64,000 nt of DNA, taken from the IMG/VR virus record IMGVR_UViG_3300017963_000029, positions 1 to 64,000 of that record; one strand, 5' to 3'. Made by a program: the position numbers and the translations under genes. Below the pieces are notes generated by a model. It saw only the letters and a program-made list of their open reading frames with translations. It did not search any database and was not told where the DNA came from. Each line of letters begins with the position of its first letter. Position 1 is the first letter of the stretch. Of this stretch, positions 53,106 to 61,920 are shown one piece after another. This DNA comes from a virus.

Positions 53106-53582
53106 ATGTCGAAAAAGGTGCAGGAAGAGGTTTCGAACGGCGCAGTGGATGGTGGTTGGGGGTTTCAGGAGGCTGCTTCGGTGACCCCCTACAGCATGAT
53201 GCAGAAGACGGTGCAGACATACTTGCAGTCCTTGCTCACAGAACCTGCTACTCCGGAATCGCTTCAGGCTTTGGAGCAATCGGTGGAGGCGTGTCACCAG
53301 TTGCTGGTGACTTGGAGTACCTCCGACCCCAAGGACTTTGTCGGGAGTTTTGAGAGGTTTCAGGAGCAGGTAAACGCCCTTTATGAAGAACAGGAGACTC
53401 CGCCAGCATCTTCGGACGTCAACCTTCCTGAGCTGGCCCAGGCGGTGATAGAGGCCATCCAGGAACGTAACCGCCCCACCATGGGAGGGCTGCTCCGGTC
53501 TCTGGCCCTTGCCAAGGAGTTGAAGCTCGAGAAGGTGGCCGCGCACATCGAGGAGCAGCTGCTAGCGATGGTGGAGGAGTAA
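53106..53582 (+). CDS. Hypothetical protein
   Basis: GGAGG RBS after an AT-rich intergenic region. Confidence 0.6.
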   Translation: MSKKVQEEVSNGAVDGGWGFQEAASVTPYSMMQKTVQTYLQSLLTEPATPESLQALEQSVEACHQLLVTWSTSDPKDFVGSFERFQEQVNALYEEQETPPASSDVNLPELAQAVIEAIQERNRPTMGGLLRSLALAKELKLEKVAAHIEEQLLAMVEE

Positions 53583-53585
53583 CCG

Positions 53586-54428
53586 GTGCGAATACTTCAA
53601 CGAGGGAGTAAGGGACAGGCGGTTGTCGGACTCAAGGAACGCCTCGCCGCGCAGGGGTTCTGGCCCGACCATCTGATGGGGCTCGATTTCACTCCGAAGC
53701 TCGAAGACGCGGTGGCGTACTTCCAGATGACGCACCTGGGGCCCGACGGTAAACCTCTCGCAGTCGACGGGAAGGTGGGTCCCAATACCGAATGGGCCTT
53801 GAAACATCCTACCGGGAAGGCCCAGACGTCGAACATCTCGCCGGCAGGAACCAAGACCGGGGGCCCGAAGTTCAACATCCCCGACGGGCTCAGCCTCGAA
53901 CGGTACGAGACGTTGATGCGGGCGCTCGGGGAACACGGCGTCCGGGAAAGGCCCATGGGGAGCAACCGCGGGCCCGGCATCGACAAGTACCTCCCGCGGT
54001 GGTGGCTCGAAAAGGAAGGGAAGGGCCCGGCCTGGTGCTGCTTCTTCGTAAGCTGGGTGGTTCGTCAGGTCTTCGGTTTCCATCCGCTGGGGCGCAACCA
54101 CGGCTCGTGCAAGCAGGCCTGGAAGGCCGCCCAGGAGCGCGAGATGGCTTATCAGGTACACGAGGTGGATACGATAGTCCCCGGAGATGCATTCTATATG
54201 CGGTGGAGGGGTGGAGGGCACATCGGTTTTATTTACCGGGTGTCGGAGGACGGCCAGGAGATGAATACGGTGGAAGGGAACTGCGGCAACAGGGTAAAGG
54301 TGGGCCGACGTTCCCTTTCGGACGAGAGGATCTTCGGCATCATCGACTTCTACGGAGAAGAGTATCCGGACGAATTTGAACGTGGTCTCATCGAGGCCAA
54401 GGACGTGGCGAAGGACGGCACGCGGTGA
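53586..54428 (+). CDS. Endolysin: PG-binding domain plus CHAP amidase
   Basis: LQRGSKG..V..LK..L...G; VDGKVGPNT; SNRGP; AWCCFFVSW (Cys); GHIGF (His); TVEGN. Confidence 0.9.
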   Translation: MRILQRGSKGQAVVGLKERLAAQGFWPDHLMGLDFTPKLEDAVAYFQMTHLGPDGKPLAVDGKVGPNTEWALKHPTGKAQTSNISPAGTKTGGPKFNIPDGLSLERYETLMRALGEHGVRERPMGSNRGPGIDKYLPRWWLEKEGKGPAWCCFFVSWVVRQVFGFHPLGRNHGSCKQAWKAAQEREMAYQVHEVDTIVPGDAFYMRWRGGGHIGFIYRVSEDGQEMNTVEGNCGNRVKVGRRSLSDERIFGIIDFYGEEYPDEFERGLIEAKDVAKDGTR

Positions 54429-54640
54429 TCAATCGTTGCAGGACATGCAAGTGGTACCAGGCGATACCTACCCTTCCTCCGGATTTTCCTGGACCCATGA
54501 GCTACGACGGGTACTGTCGGTTGTTTCCGGTGATACCGGAGATAACGACCAAGGAGGACGGGTACTGCGGGCAGCACAAGTTTGGATCGGTGTGGAAAGC
54601 GTTATGGGCGTTTTTGAAGAGAGTATGCGGTCGTGGGTAG
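54425..54640 (+). CDS. Small Cys-rich protein
   Basis: CRTCKW...GYCR..P...YCGQH. Confidence 0.55.
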   Translation: MINRCRTCKWYQAIPTLPPDFPGPMSYDGYCRLFPVIPEITTKEDGYCGQHKFGSVWKALWAFLKRVCGRG

Positions 54641-54768
54641 TCGGCCTGTGCCGGTTCGAAACCGGGCGACGGCACCGTCACCCGGAGGGTCTTTCATTCC
54701 CTATCTCCCGGTGTGGCCCCGTGCTGGTCGGGTGACTCGCGCGCCGGGCGCGCTAACGGGGCTTTATT

Positions 54769-54957
54769 ATGGACAACATCAGAACACCACCGAGTAACGA
54801 CAAGTACCGGGATGGCTGGGACCGCATCTTCGGTAAAAAGAAAACGGAGTGCGACTGTGAGGCCTGCCAGGAGAACCGCAGGCGCGCGAAAGAGGGGTTA
54901 CCACCTACGCACGAGACCGGAGGGCCGATCTGCCCGACGCCAGCAGACAGGAGATGA
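54769..54957 (+). CDS. Small protein
   Basis: SNDKYRDGWDRIFGKK pattern, of a type common in phage microproteins. Confidence 0.5.
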   Translation: MDNIRTPPSNDKYRDGWDRIFGKKKTECDCEACQENRRRAKEGLPPTHETGGPICPTPADRR

Positions 54958-55538
54958 AAATGTGTAAGGAAGGAAAGTGTAGTAAGTGCGGACGAAAGTT
55001 TAGTAAATCGGCAGTGCTTCCCGGTCACGCGATAACACTTCTGATAGGGGGTCCTCGTTGTTACCAGTGTTACTACGAGGAGCAGGGGTGGGACCTTGAG
55101 ACGTGCGTGGACTGCGAGAAGAAATTTCCCTTGTCCGAGGGCCTCGTTTTAACCATGGACGGCCCGCTGTGCATGGAGTGCAACCCCAGCGGTGCGATCG
55201 ATCCGCCTCCGGAGAGTGCTTTACCGGAGGGTGCGGACCTTCCACCGGGTGTAGGGTTTCCCGTGTCCGAGTCGGTCATGGGGAGCCTGGTCTCCAACTT
55301 CGTGTCCGGGATGTTCGATCGGATGGGCAGCAGGGAGCGCATCGCTACGGTGATGTTGGGAGCTAATCAAGTATTTGATGGTTTACAAGCCATAGCCCAT
55401 ACGATTTGGGAAGGTAGAGAGCCTTCTTTTTTGAGCAGAGAGGATTTAATAAAAGAATCTTTGAAGGACGCAGACGCGCTCATTGCGGCGCTACGTTCTA
55501 ACAAGGGAGATAAAAATGAAAACGGTGAGGTTCAATAA
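54954..55538 (+). CDS. Double Zn-finger protein
   Basis: CSKC...CYQC and CVDC...CMEC; C-terminal ADALIAAL. Confidence 0.6.
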   Translation: MKMCKEGKCSKCGRKFSKSAVLPGHAITLLIGGPRCYQCYYEEQGWDLETCVDCEKKFPLSEGLVLTMDGPLCMECNPSGAIDPPPESALPEGADLPPGVGFPVSESVMGSLVSNFVSGMFDRMGSRERIATVMLGANQVFDGLQAIAHTIWEGREPSFLSREDLIKESLKDADALIAALRSNKGDKNENGEVQ

Positions 55539-55746
55539 GGTAGGGCTCGACGTCAACTTTGAACGTGTGGGCGACGAGCTACAGGTAAGCATCAACGTAC
55601 CGGCACCCATGGTGAACGAGAAGCTCAAGATGTTGCAGGACTTCAAGGAGAGGGCTCGCTACCTCCCCGGGCTCGGGCCCGTGTACCACGTCATCAGCCT
55701 CCTCGAGGCGGCCATCATCGGAGCCCTGGAGGAACCACCCAAGTGA
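55516..55746 (+). CDS. Hypothetical protein
   Basis: GGGAG RBS. Confidence 0.5.
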   Translation: MKTVRFNKVGLDVNFERVGDELQVSINVPAPMVNEKLKMLQDFKERARYLPGLGPVYHVISLLEAAIIGALEEPPK

Positions 55747-55749
55747 TCC

Positions 55750-56160
55750 ATGGTCCGGGTGTGCCTGATATTGCGCGTGTACTGCTCCGGTACGGAGCCG
55801 GACATGTCGGAGTGCGGCAAGCACTTTCATGCGGAGGTGCCGCTCCACATGCTGCCTCTTTTCGCGCGCGGCGAGGTGACCATCTCCACCCTGGAGACCA
55901 CGGACGATATCAGGGGCTGGTACCTCGAGAAGAACCGCGAGGCCCTGTGTCCGAAGCACAACACCGCGCGCCGGCCGGCGGTGGAGTTGGTGGAAGAAGA
56001 CAAGGAAGAGCCGACCGAAGAAGTGCTGGAGCGAGCTCGTCGCCTTCAGGCGCTGGCCACGGATAAATCAGCCACGGAAGGGGAACGTCGTAACGCCTGG
56101 GAGAGCTTCACCAAGCTCTGGAAGCAGTACCGGTTACCCAACGATATAGGGATAGAGTGA
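55750..56160 (+). CDS. Zn-binding plus DUF2786-like C-terminal protein
   Basis: GW...LCPKH; ERARRLQALATDKSATEGERRNA. Confidence 0.55.
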   Translation: MVRVCLILRVYCSGTEPDMSECGKHFHAEVPLHMLPLFARGEVTISTLETTDDIRGWYLEKNREALCPKHNTARRPAVELVEEDKEEPTEEVLERARRLQALATDKSATEGERRNAWESFTKLWKQYRLPNDIGIE

Positions 56161-56792
56161 TGAACGAGAGCCACAAGCCAATGACGGTTGAAGAGGTGGA
56201 AGAGATGTTGAAGGCCACGTTGCACGGCCCTCCACCCCAGGAGACTATATACCGCATATTCGCCACCCTGGCGGATTGGAAGGACACGATCAAGCAGGTC
56301 ATATATGCCGAAGGAGGGGACAAGCCTCCGGAAGTGGTGGAACTGAGAGACCAACTCACTCTTTGTCGGGATGATATAAGAGAAGCGGAGCGTCGGCACA
56401 TCGAAGAGATGCGCGGATACGCAAAAGAGCTTTGGGAGATGCGCGGCTTGTACGCGGTAGCGTGTCAGCGCCTTCAACAGCTGGGGGAGGAAACGGCACC
56501 GCTTACGGAAGCTCCCGTAAGAAAGGTGGTACCGGACGTTGTCCATCGCTGTCGCGTGTGTGAGGAGGGTTTCACCATGGAGGCGGTGAACATTCCGGTA
56601 CCGGGACCGCCGGGATCGGTCGTTGTCTTGTTCTGGTGCCGAAAGTGCGGGCGAATGTTGATAGCCAACCCGGACTTCATCGAGGTGGGGTGCTCGGAGG
56701 AAGCTTCGAAGGAGTACTTCGGAAGGGTCAAGGAGTTTTTCGAGGAGATGGTGGCGGTGGAGAGGGAAAAGTGGGAACAGAGGAAGAAATAA
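56157..56792 (+). CDS. Coiled-coil plus Zn-ribbon protein
   Basis: CRVC...WCRKCG. Confidence 0.55.
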   Translation: MMNESHKPMTVEEVEEMLKATLHGPPPQETIYRIFATLADWKDTIKQVIYAEGGDKPPEVVELRDQLTLCRDDIREAERRHIEEMRGYAKELWEMRGLYAVACQRLQQLGEETAPLTEAPVRKVVPDVVHRCRVCEEGFTMEAVNIPVPGPPGSVVVLFWCRKCGRMLIANPDFIEVGCSEEASKEYFGRVKEFFEEMVAVEREKWEQRKK

Positions 56793-57082
56793 GGAAGTAT
56801 CGGGACCTCGTAACGGAAGCTGGTCGGCCTGGTTTCAACAAGATGTGTCCTATTCGCGAGGCTGCCTGGCGTATCGTGGTGGGGCGCACCGGGAATATAG
56901 AAGGTAAGGACGCCAGGTACTGTCTGGGACCGGCGTGCGCGTGGTGGGTGGGGGAGTATTGTGCGGTCGTTGCCATATACCGTCGGCTGGGAGGTATTCA
57001 GGCGCAGGCATCCAGGCAAACGTCCAGCCGTAGGGAACCTGGCAGCGGAGAGTTGGGCAGGTCGGGAAGGTATTACGAGTGA
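56771..57082 (+). CDS. Small Cys-rich protein
   Basis: MCP...CLGPACAWW...CAV; start uncertain. Confidence 0.4.
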   Translation: MGTEEEIRKYRDLVTEAGRPGFNKMCPIREAAWRIVVGRTGNIEGKDARYCLGPACAWWVGEYCAVVAIYRRLGGIQAQASRQTSSRREPGSGELGRSGRYYE

Positions 57083-57104
57083 TTTTAGAGTAGAGGGTGT
57101 TCCA

Positions 57105-57338
57105 ATGAGTACCATGATTAAAATAATAGAAGACATGTTTTGTAGAGGATGCGGATTAAAAGAAGCAAAAGTCGTTCATAAAGATAAGAAAGTAGTACTA
57201 AGGTGGTGTGAATCTTGCGGGACATTGATGGAACACCCACGGATGGGATCTGATTATCAAGGGGAAAAGCCTACGGTAGTAGGAATGCCTGCTCTAGTTA
57301 AAGCTGAAAAAGTCCGTATCGCGTTAACGCAAAAATAA
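57105..57338 (+). CDS. Zn-ribbon microprotein
   Basis: CRGC...WCESCG. Confidence 0.5.
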   Translation: MSTMIKIIEDMFCRGCGLKEAKVVHKDKKVVLRWCESCGTLMEHPRMGSDYQGEKPTVVGMPALVKAEKVRIALTQK

Positions 57339-58018
57339 TGACTACCGTCTCCCAGCACATCCGCCGGCGGCTCCTGTTCCTGGGCAAGCTCGGGCAGTCC
57401 GAGTGGTCCTACGAGTTCGAAGAGCTAATGCGCAACCGCCTCATCATGGGTGCGTTCCGGTACGGAAAGCTTAGAGCGCCAGGGAAGCCCCAGTTCGACC
57501 GGGTGGCCTACGCCATCCGCTGCCTCGAGCAGTTTCGACAGACCGGGAACCTAGAGCACCTGGTGGACGCGGCAAACCTCTGCCTCGTGGAGTTTGTGGA
57601 GGGGAAGCATCCCCACCGACACTTTGCTGCGGTGGACGGGGGAGACCACGCAGAGAAGGTGTTGGACGCGGCTGAAAAGGTGCGCGAGGTGACGACGGAT
57701 GAGGACGCGAAGGTTCTTGAGGGGGCTCGAATGGATCGCGTACTGAGACCTCCCACGGTGCCACCGGAAGGTGTGGACCTCACCGAGACGCGGATGATGC
57801 AGGCCATCGGCAAGCGTCTCCAGAACTGGAACGGCCTGTGCGTTCTCTGCGGTGGCTGGGGGCCGTTCAGGAAACCGAAGGATTCGAAGTACGAGTGGAC
57901 GGACGTCTGTGCGTGGTGCCACCACGTTCCTGATCCAGAAAGTAGCGGGCCTTATAAACCTCTATCGATAGCAGAACGAGAGGATTATCCGAAGGCACCC
58001 GACGGGGGACCAAAGTAA
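57338..58018 (+). CDS. Hypothetical protein, N-terminal helical domain resembling dATP/dGTP diphosphohydrolase-like phage proteins, C-terminal Zn finger
   Basis: [10 protein letters not shown]...[14 protein letters not shown]; CVLC...CAWC. Confidence 0.5.
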   Translation: MTTVSQHIRRRLLFLGKLGQSEWSYEFEELMRNRLIMGAFRYGKLRAPGKPQFDRVAYAIRCLEQFRQTGNLEHLVDAANLCLVEFVEGKHPHRHFAAVDGGDHAEKVLDAAEKVREVTTDEDAKVLEGARMDRVLRPPTVPPEGVDLTETRMMQAIGKRLQNWNGLCVLCGGWGPFRKPKDSKYEWTDVCAWCHHVPDPESSGPYKPLSIAEREDYPKAPDGGPK

Positions 58019-58425
58019 TGATCCGAAAACGCCGTAACAGAACGCTCTCCCGCCTCCGGGTACGGAAGAAGGACAAGCAGTTTCTCAAGCAGTTCGACTA
58101 CCCGGAGGGGGTTCGTTTTCTCCCCCTGACGCGCCAGGAGTGCCTGACCACCGAGAGGCCGTGCCCGTTCGTGTCTTGTCGGTATCACCTGTACCTGGAC
58201 GTCACCGAGAAGGGCTCGTTGAAGCTCAACTACCCCGACCAGGAGCCTTGGGAGATCTCCGAGTCGTGCGCTTTGGACGTCGCGGATGCCGGCGACCACA
58301 CGCTCGAGGAGGTGGGACAGCTGCTGCAGGTCACCCGCGAGCGCGTCAGGCAGATCGAAAAGGGGAGTAAAGAGAAGCTTGAGGAGGACCCGGACGTGCT
58401 CCGGTTGCAGGAGGAGGCGGCGTGA
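58018..58425 (+). CDS. Sigma-70 region-4-like HTH protein with Cys cluster
   Basis: [12 protein letters not shown]...SCALDVA...[20 protein letters not shown]. Confidence 0.85.
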   Translation: MIRKRRNRTLSRLRVRKKDKQFLKQFDYPEGVRFLPLTRQECLTTERPCPFVSCRYHLYLDVTEKGSLKLNYPDQEPWEISESCALDVADAGDHTLEEVGQLLQVTRERVRQIEKGSKEKLEEDPDVLRLQEEAA

Positions 58426-58589
58426 TCAAAAGGTTGAAGCTCTTTCTGGCCAGAGCCGCGTTGTATACGTTCTGCGCCAGGGTGGATGAGGAAGGTGTTA
58501 TCCGTTGTCCGTTTTGCGAGAACAAGACGGAGGTCAAACCCACGTTTTGGTGTAGAAAATGTAATGTACTTTTGAGATAGGAGAATGAA

Positions 58590-59183
58590 ATGCCGTTAGT
58601 ACCCGTAGATAATAAGCCAGGACTGTTTCGTGATACGATTACCGGACAGGTTTTTAATGTTCGCGAGTATCGTGGCTCAGATCTTATTTTCCCTTTTGAA
58701 GGTGGTCGTGCCATACCCAAGGAGTCCTGGCAACCAGAACCAGGAGCTTCGATGGCACTACAGGCGTGGTCCTTTCTCATGTATCCATGGCCAGAGGTTA
58801 TTCCTGTCACCCTGCGAGCCAAGTTGTACGTCAATGGTGACATCATGGCTGAGGGGCCTTTATTTGCTCTAGCTGAACCTCTGGTACGTGCTGAGGACGA
58901 AGAGATACGGGAGCGGTTACGTGTCGTGGAAGAAAAAATAGAGACGCTCGAAATCGAAATGAAGGAAGCTAAAAAAGAGAAGGACCTTTCTGGCGACCCT
59001 AGAGCTGTTCACATACCTTCCAAGATTTACCCGGTTACTCGTTTAAGGAATCTAGTAGACATGAAGCACAAGTTGTGGGCAGAAATCGAGGGTCCAGGTA
59101 ATGATTTTGTACCATTGCGCGAGAAGCTGGAACTACTGGCACTTCGTTTACGCGGTGTAGGACGTGAGCCGGTGAAAGATTGA
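58590..59183 (+). CDS. Divergent paralog of the putative MCP (11255-11917) with coiled-coil insertion
   Basis: MPLVPVDNKPGLFRDTITGQVFNVREYR matches MPLMPIEGQPGLFRDSDTGQIVNIRDFR, with further colinear matches. Confidence 0.75.
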   Translation: MPLVPVDNKPGLFRDTITGQVFNVREYRGSDLIFPFEGGRAIPKESWQPEPGASMALQAWSFLMYPWPEVIPVTLRAKLYVNGDIMAEGPLFALAEPLVRAEDEEIRERLRVVEEKIETLEIEMKEAKKEKDLSGDPRAVHIPSKIYPVTRLRNLVDMKHKLWAEIEGPGNDFVPLREKLELLALRLRGVGREPVKD

Positions 59184-59289
59184 TTGATACCCCCATCGAG
59201 GTCGACTACTTCTACGCGGGCGTGATCGTCGGTTTTTGCCTCACCGTCTTGTGGGGCTGGTACTACATAAGCAAAAGGATGAGATAAAA

Positions 59290-59535
59290 ATGATAGATAT
59301 GAATATCAATATTAGTGTGACAGTAAAGGTACGTCTTACCACACTAGGTAAAGAGCTTTACGAAAAAAGTGGGAGGAATGAGTTTGTCCGTTGGGATGAA
59401 GATGGTTTGTTAGAGACCGAGTTGTGGAATTTAATGGTAGTTTTTGGTCCACATTTTAATGAGCATGTCGGTCCTTTTTTTGAAAATAATGCAATATATG
59501 TAGTGGATTTAAGGAATGATCATGACCACTCGTAA
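59290..59535 (+). CDS. Small phage protein (AT-rich)
   Basis: VKVRLT..GKE...LWNLM.VFG pattern. Confidence 0.55.
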   Translation: MIDMNINISVTVKVRLTTLGKELYEKSGRNEFVRWDEDGLLETELWNLMVVFGPHFNEHVGPFFENNAIYVVDLRNDHDHS

Positions 59536-60217
59536 TGGTGATTGGTTTCAAACCTACACCGGTAAGAAGTTCTACGTTTTCGATCCGCGCAGCGACGAGA
59601 TCGACATCGAGGACATCGCGCACTCCCTGGCGAACACCTGTCGGTTCAACGGACATACGAGTTATTTCTATTCGGTAGCGCAGCACTCTGTCCACGTCTG
59701 TAACGTCTTCGGCAAGCTCGTGGAGGGAACCGAGTTCGAGGAGAACTATCGGGCGTACCTCTGCGCGCTGTTGCACGACGCGACGGAGGCCTACGTCGGG
59801 GACATGATACGACCCATCAAGTTGTCGTTGCCGGACTACAAGGTGGCCGAGAACAACATCTGGACCTGCATCCTCAAGAAATTTGAGCTTTGGGACACCT
59901 GGCACCTGCAGGGCACGATGGATCTGCGCCTCTTCGTATCGAACCTCGTCAAGATGGCCGACGACATCATGCTGGCCACCGAGAGGCGAGATCTGCTGGC
60001 CAAGGGGCCGGGGAAGTGGCGCATCGAGGAACTCGTCGACCCCGATGATATGCTGGTTCTCCCGAAGCCTCCGGGTACCGTGAAGAGTATTTTTCTAAAG
60101 CTATTTGGGGAGCTACAATCGCGTATAGGAGAAGAAGATGCCGACACCGGTCACAGTGGTGAAAAAGGTGGTGGAGACGGCCCGGAAGTGGGTCAGGGTT
60201 CGCCGGAAGTACCGTAA
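59516..60217 (+). CDS. HD-domain 5'-deoxynucleotidase-like phosphohydrolase (YfdR/YfbR-like)
   Basis: IDIEDIAHSL...RFNGHT..FYSVAQHSV...LLHDATEAYVGD...AD..ML.TE.RDL. Confidence 0.9.
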   Translation: MIMTTRNGDWFQTYTGKKFYVFDPRSDEIDIEDIAHSLANTCRFNGHTSYFYSVAQHSVHVCNVFGKLVEGTEFEENYRAYLCALLHDATEAYVGDMIRPIKLSLPDYKVAENNIWTCILKKFELWDTWHLQGTMDLRLFVSNLVKMADDIMLATERRDLLAKGPGKWRIEELVDPDDMLVLPKPPGTVKSIFLKLFGELQSRIGEEDADTGHSGEKGGGDGPEVGQGSPEVP

Positions 60218-60506
60218 GCTCCTGGACAGCAAGAGCGCGAAGGAAGAGGACCTGAAGAAGGTCCGGAAGAGCCTCCTCGACGTCACCAACAGGCTCGAGA
60301 CCGCGGTGCTCGAGTTCGAGGTGATGTACCGCCACGTCCAGAAGCACGGGCTCAAGAAGCCCAAGAAGCCCTTCCCGTGGAGGGAGGTCCTGGGCATCGT
60401 CTCGGCCGGCGCGGGCGCGCTCGAGAAGGCCATCGGCTCTCCCGGGGTCGGGGGGCCTGCCGACCCGAATACCATCGATGTTCAGGCCGAGATAATCGAT
60501 CGATGA
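60138..60506 (+). CDS. Basic hypothetical protein
   Basis: AGGAG RBS; overlaps the 3' end of the HD gene by about 80 nt. Confidence 0.55.
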   Translation: MPTPVTVVKKVVETARKWVRVRRKYRKLLDSKSAKEEDLKKVRKSLLDVTNRLETAVLEFEVMYRHVQKHGLKKPKKPFPWREVLGIVSAGAGALEKAIGSPGVGGPADPNTIDVQAEIIDR

Positions 60507-60997
60507 GCCGCCTGTTCGAGGACCACTGGGACGTCCGGTTCATCCGGCTCGCGGAGCATATTGCCGGCTGGAGCAAGGACCCGTCGACCAAGGTGGGCTG
60601 CGTCATCGTCGGCCCGGACAAGGAGATCCGCTCCACCGGCTTCAACGGCTTCCCGCGGGGCATCAAGGATGACCCCCGGAGGCTCGAAAACCGCGACGAG
60701 AAGTACCCGCTCATCTGCCACGCGGAGGAGAATGCCATCTTGCAGGTGGCACGGGTCGGCGGCGCATCGCTCCGGGACTGCTGGGTGTACATCACCTGGC
60801 CACCCTGTACCCGGTGCGCGCGGTCCATCGTGCAGGCCGGTATCAAGGGGGTGAGCTACCCGCAGGGGCTCGACGTTCCTGAAAGATGGTGGTCGGACCT
60901 TGAGAAGGCCCGCTCGATGCTCGACGAGGCCGGGATCTTCGTCCGGACGGTCGCCGTCAAGCTCAAACAGACGTCGTCAGAGGTTTCTATCGGCTGA
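60503..60997 (+). CDS. dCMP deaminase
   Basis: SKDPSTKVGCVI; GFNGFPRG; HAEENAI; PCTRC. Confidence 0.93.
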   Translation: MSRLFEDHWDVRFIRLAEHIAGWSKDPSTKVGCVIVGPDKEIRSTGFNGFPRGIKDDPRRLENRDEKYPLICHAEENAILQVARVGGASLRDCWVYITWPPCTRCARSIVQAGIKGVSYPQGLDVPERWWSDLEKARSMLDEAGIFVRTVAVKLKQTSSEVSIG

Positions 60998-61595
60998 ACT
61001 GCCGCCAGAGGATCCATCCACCGGCTCCTAACGCCAGGAGCAACACGAGACCGCCGGCCGCCGCCGGCGCGATGTCTTCGAAGCGCCAGCCACCGGCGTC
61101 GTAGAAGGGCTTGAGGAGCGGGTACGGGTTTATCTTTCGCTTGTAGGGGCTGGTGATGGCGTAGTGCAGGTGCGGACAGGTGTGGATGGCATTCCCGGTG
61201 CGCCCGACGTAGCCAATAACTTGCCCCGCGGTGACCGGTTGGCCCGGTCGGACCTTGGGGCGTTTCTGCAGGTGGGAGTAGTAGTGCTCGTTGCCGTCGG
61301 GGTCTCGGATCCAGACGTACCAGCCGCCCTTTTCGGAATATCCGGCTCCTGGTAGCCCCCGCCATTCGCGCATCACGGAGCCTGCCGTCGTCGAGCGGAT
61401 GGGGGTCCCCTCCGCAGCCACGATATCGGTCGCGTGGTGCTTGAACTGCCCGCGGGGGGCCAGGAAGGAGTCCCAGAAACGCGGGCGCCAGCCGCTCTCC
61501 TTGTCCGGGTAGCAGGTCTTCCCGTGAGCTCCCACCCGATATCCCCGGAACTTGCTGGGGACCTGGACCGGGAAGACCGACAGGGTTACGGGCAT
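60987..61595 (-). CDS. M23 family peptidase with C-terminal membrane anchor
   Basis: HHATDI; YYSHL; GQVIGYVGRTGNA..CPHLHY; INPYP; TM GGLVLLLALGAGGWILW. Confidence 0.9.
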   Translation of the reverse strand: MPVTLSVFPVQVPSKFRGYRVGAHGKTCYPDKESGWRPRFWDSFLAPRGQFKHHATDIVAAEGTPIRSTTAGSVMREWRGLPGAGYSEKGGWYVWIRDPDGNEHYYSHLQKRPKVRPGQPVTAGQVIGYVGRTGNAIHTCPHLHYAITSPYKRKINPYPLLKPFYDAGGWRFEDIAPAAAGGLVLLLALGAGGWILWRQFSR

Positions 61596-61616
61596 ACCGT
61601 ATCAGGGGGTGAAACG

Positions 61617-61648
61617 CCTGCTCGCCAGACCGGGGCCCGGCGAGCAGG
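61617..61648 (-). terminator. Hairpin between the 61667 gene and the M23 gene
   Basis: CCTGCTCGCC / GGCGAGCAGG 10-bp stem. Confidence 0.4.
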
Positions 61649-61666
61649 GTATGGGCGGACGAGGAG

Positions 61667-61918
61667 CTAGTCCTCGGCCTTGGTCGCCTTGACGCCGGCC
61701 TTGACCATGGCTTCGATGTCCTTCTCGTCGAACCCGCGGTTCTTCAGGAAGAACGTGGTTTTCACATCGCCGTGGAGTTTGACCATACCGATGACGGCTT
61801 GCTTGATTTCTTCGGTAACTTTTCCCCTGGCGATTCGAACGGAATGTTGAATCACGCTTTGGGGAGAAGGCGGACGACGTGCCGGTACTTTCTTTTCGGT
61901 CTTTTTCTTGGTCGCCAT
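61667..61918 (-). CDS. Small basic protein
   Basis: Lys-rich N-terminus; LKNRGFDEKDIE resembles LQRWGFSAQEAD of 62809-63021. Confidence 0.55.
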   Translation of the reverse strand: MATKKKTEKKVPARRPPSPQSVIQHSVRIARGKVTEEIKQAVIGMVKLHGDVKTTFFLKNRGFDEKDIEAMVKAGVKATKAED

Positions 61919-61920
61919 GA

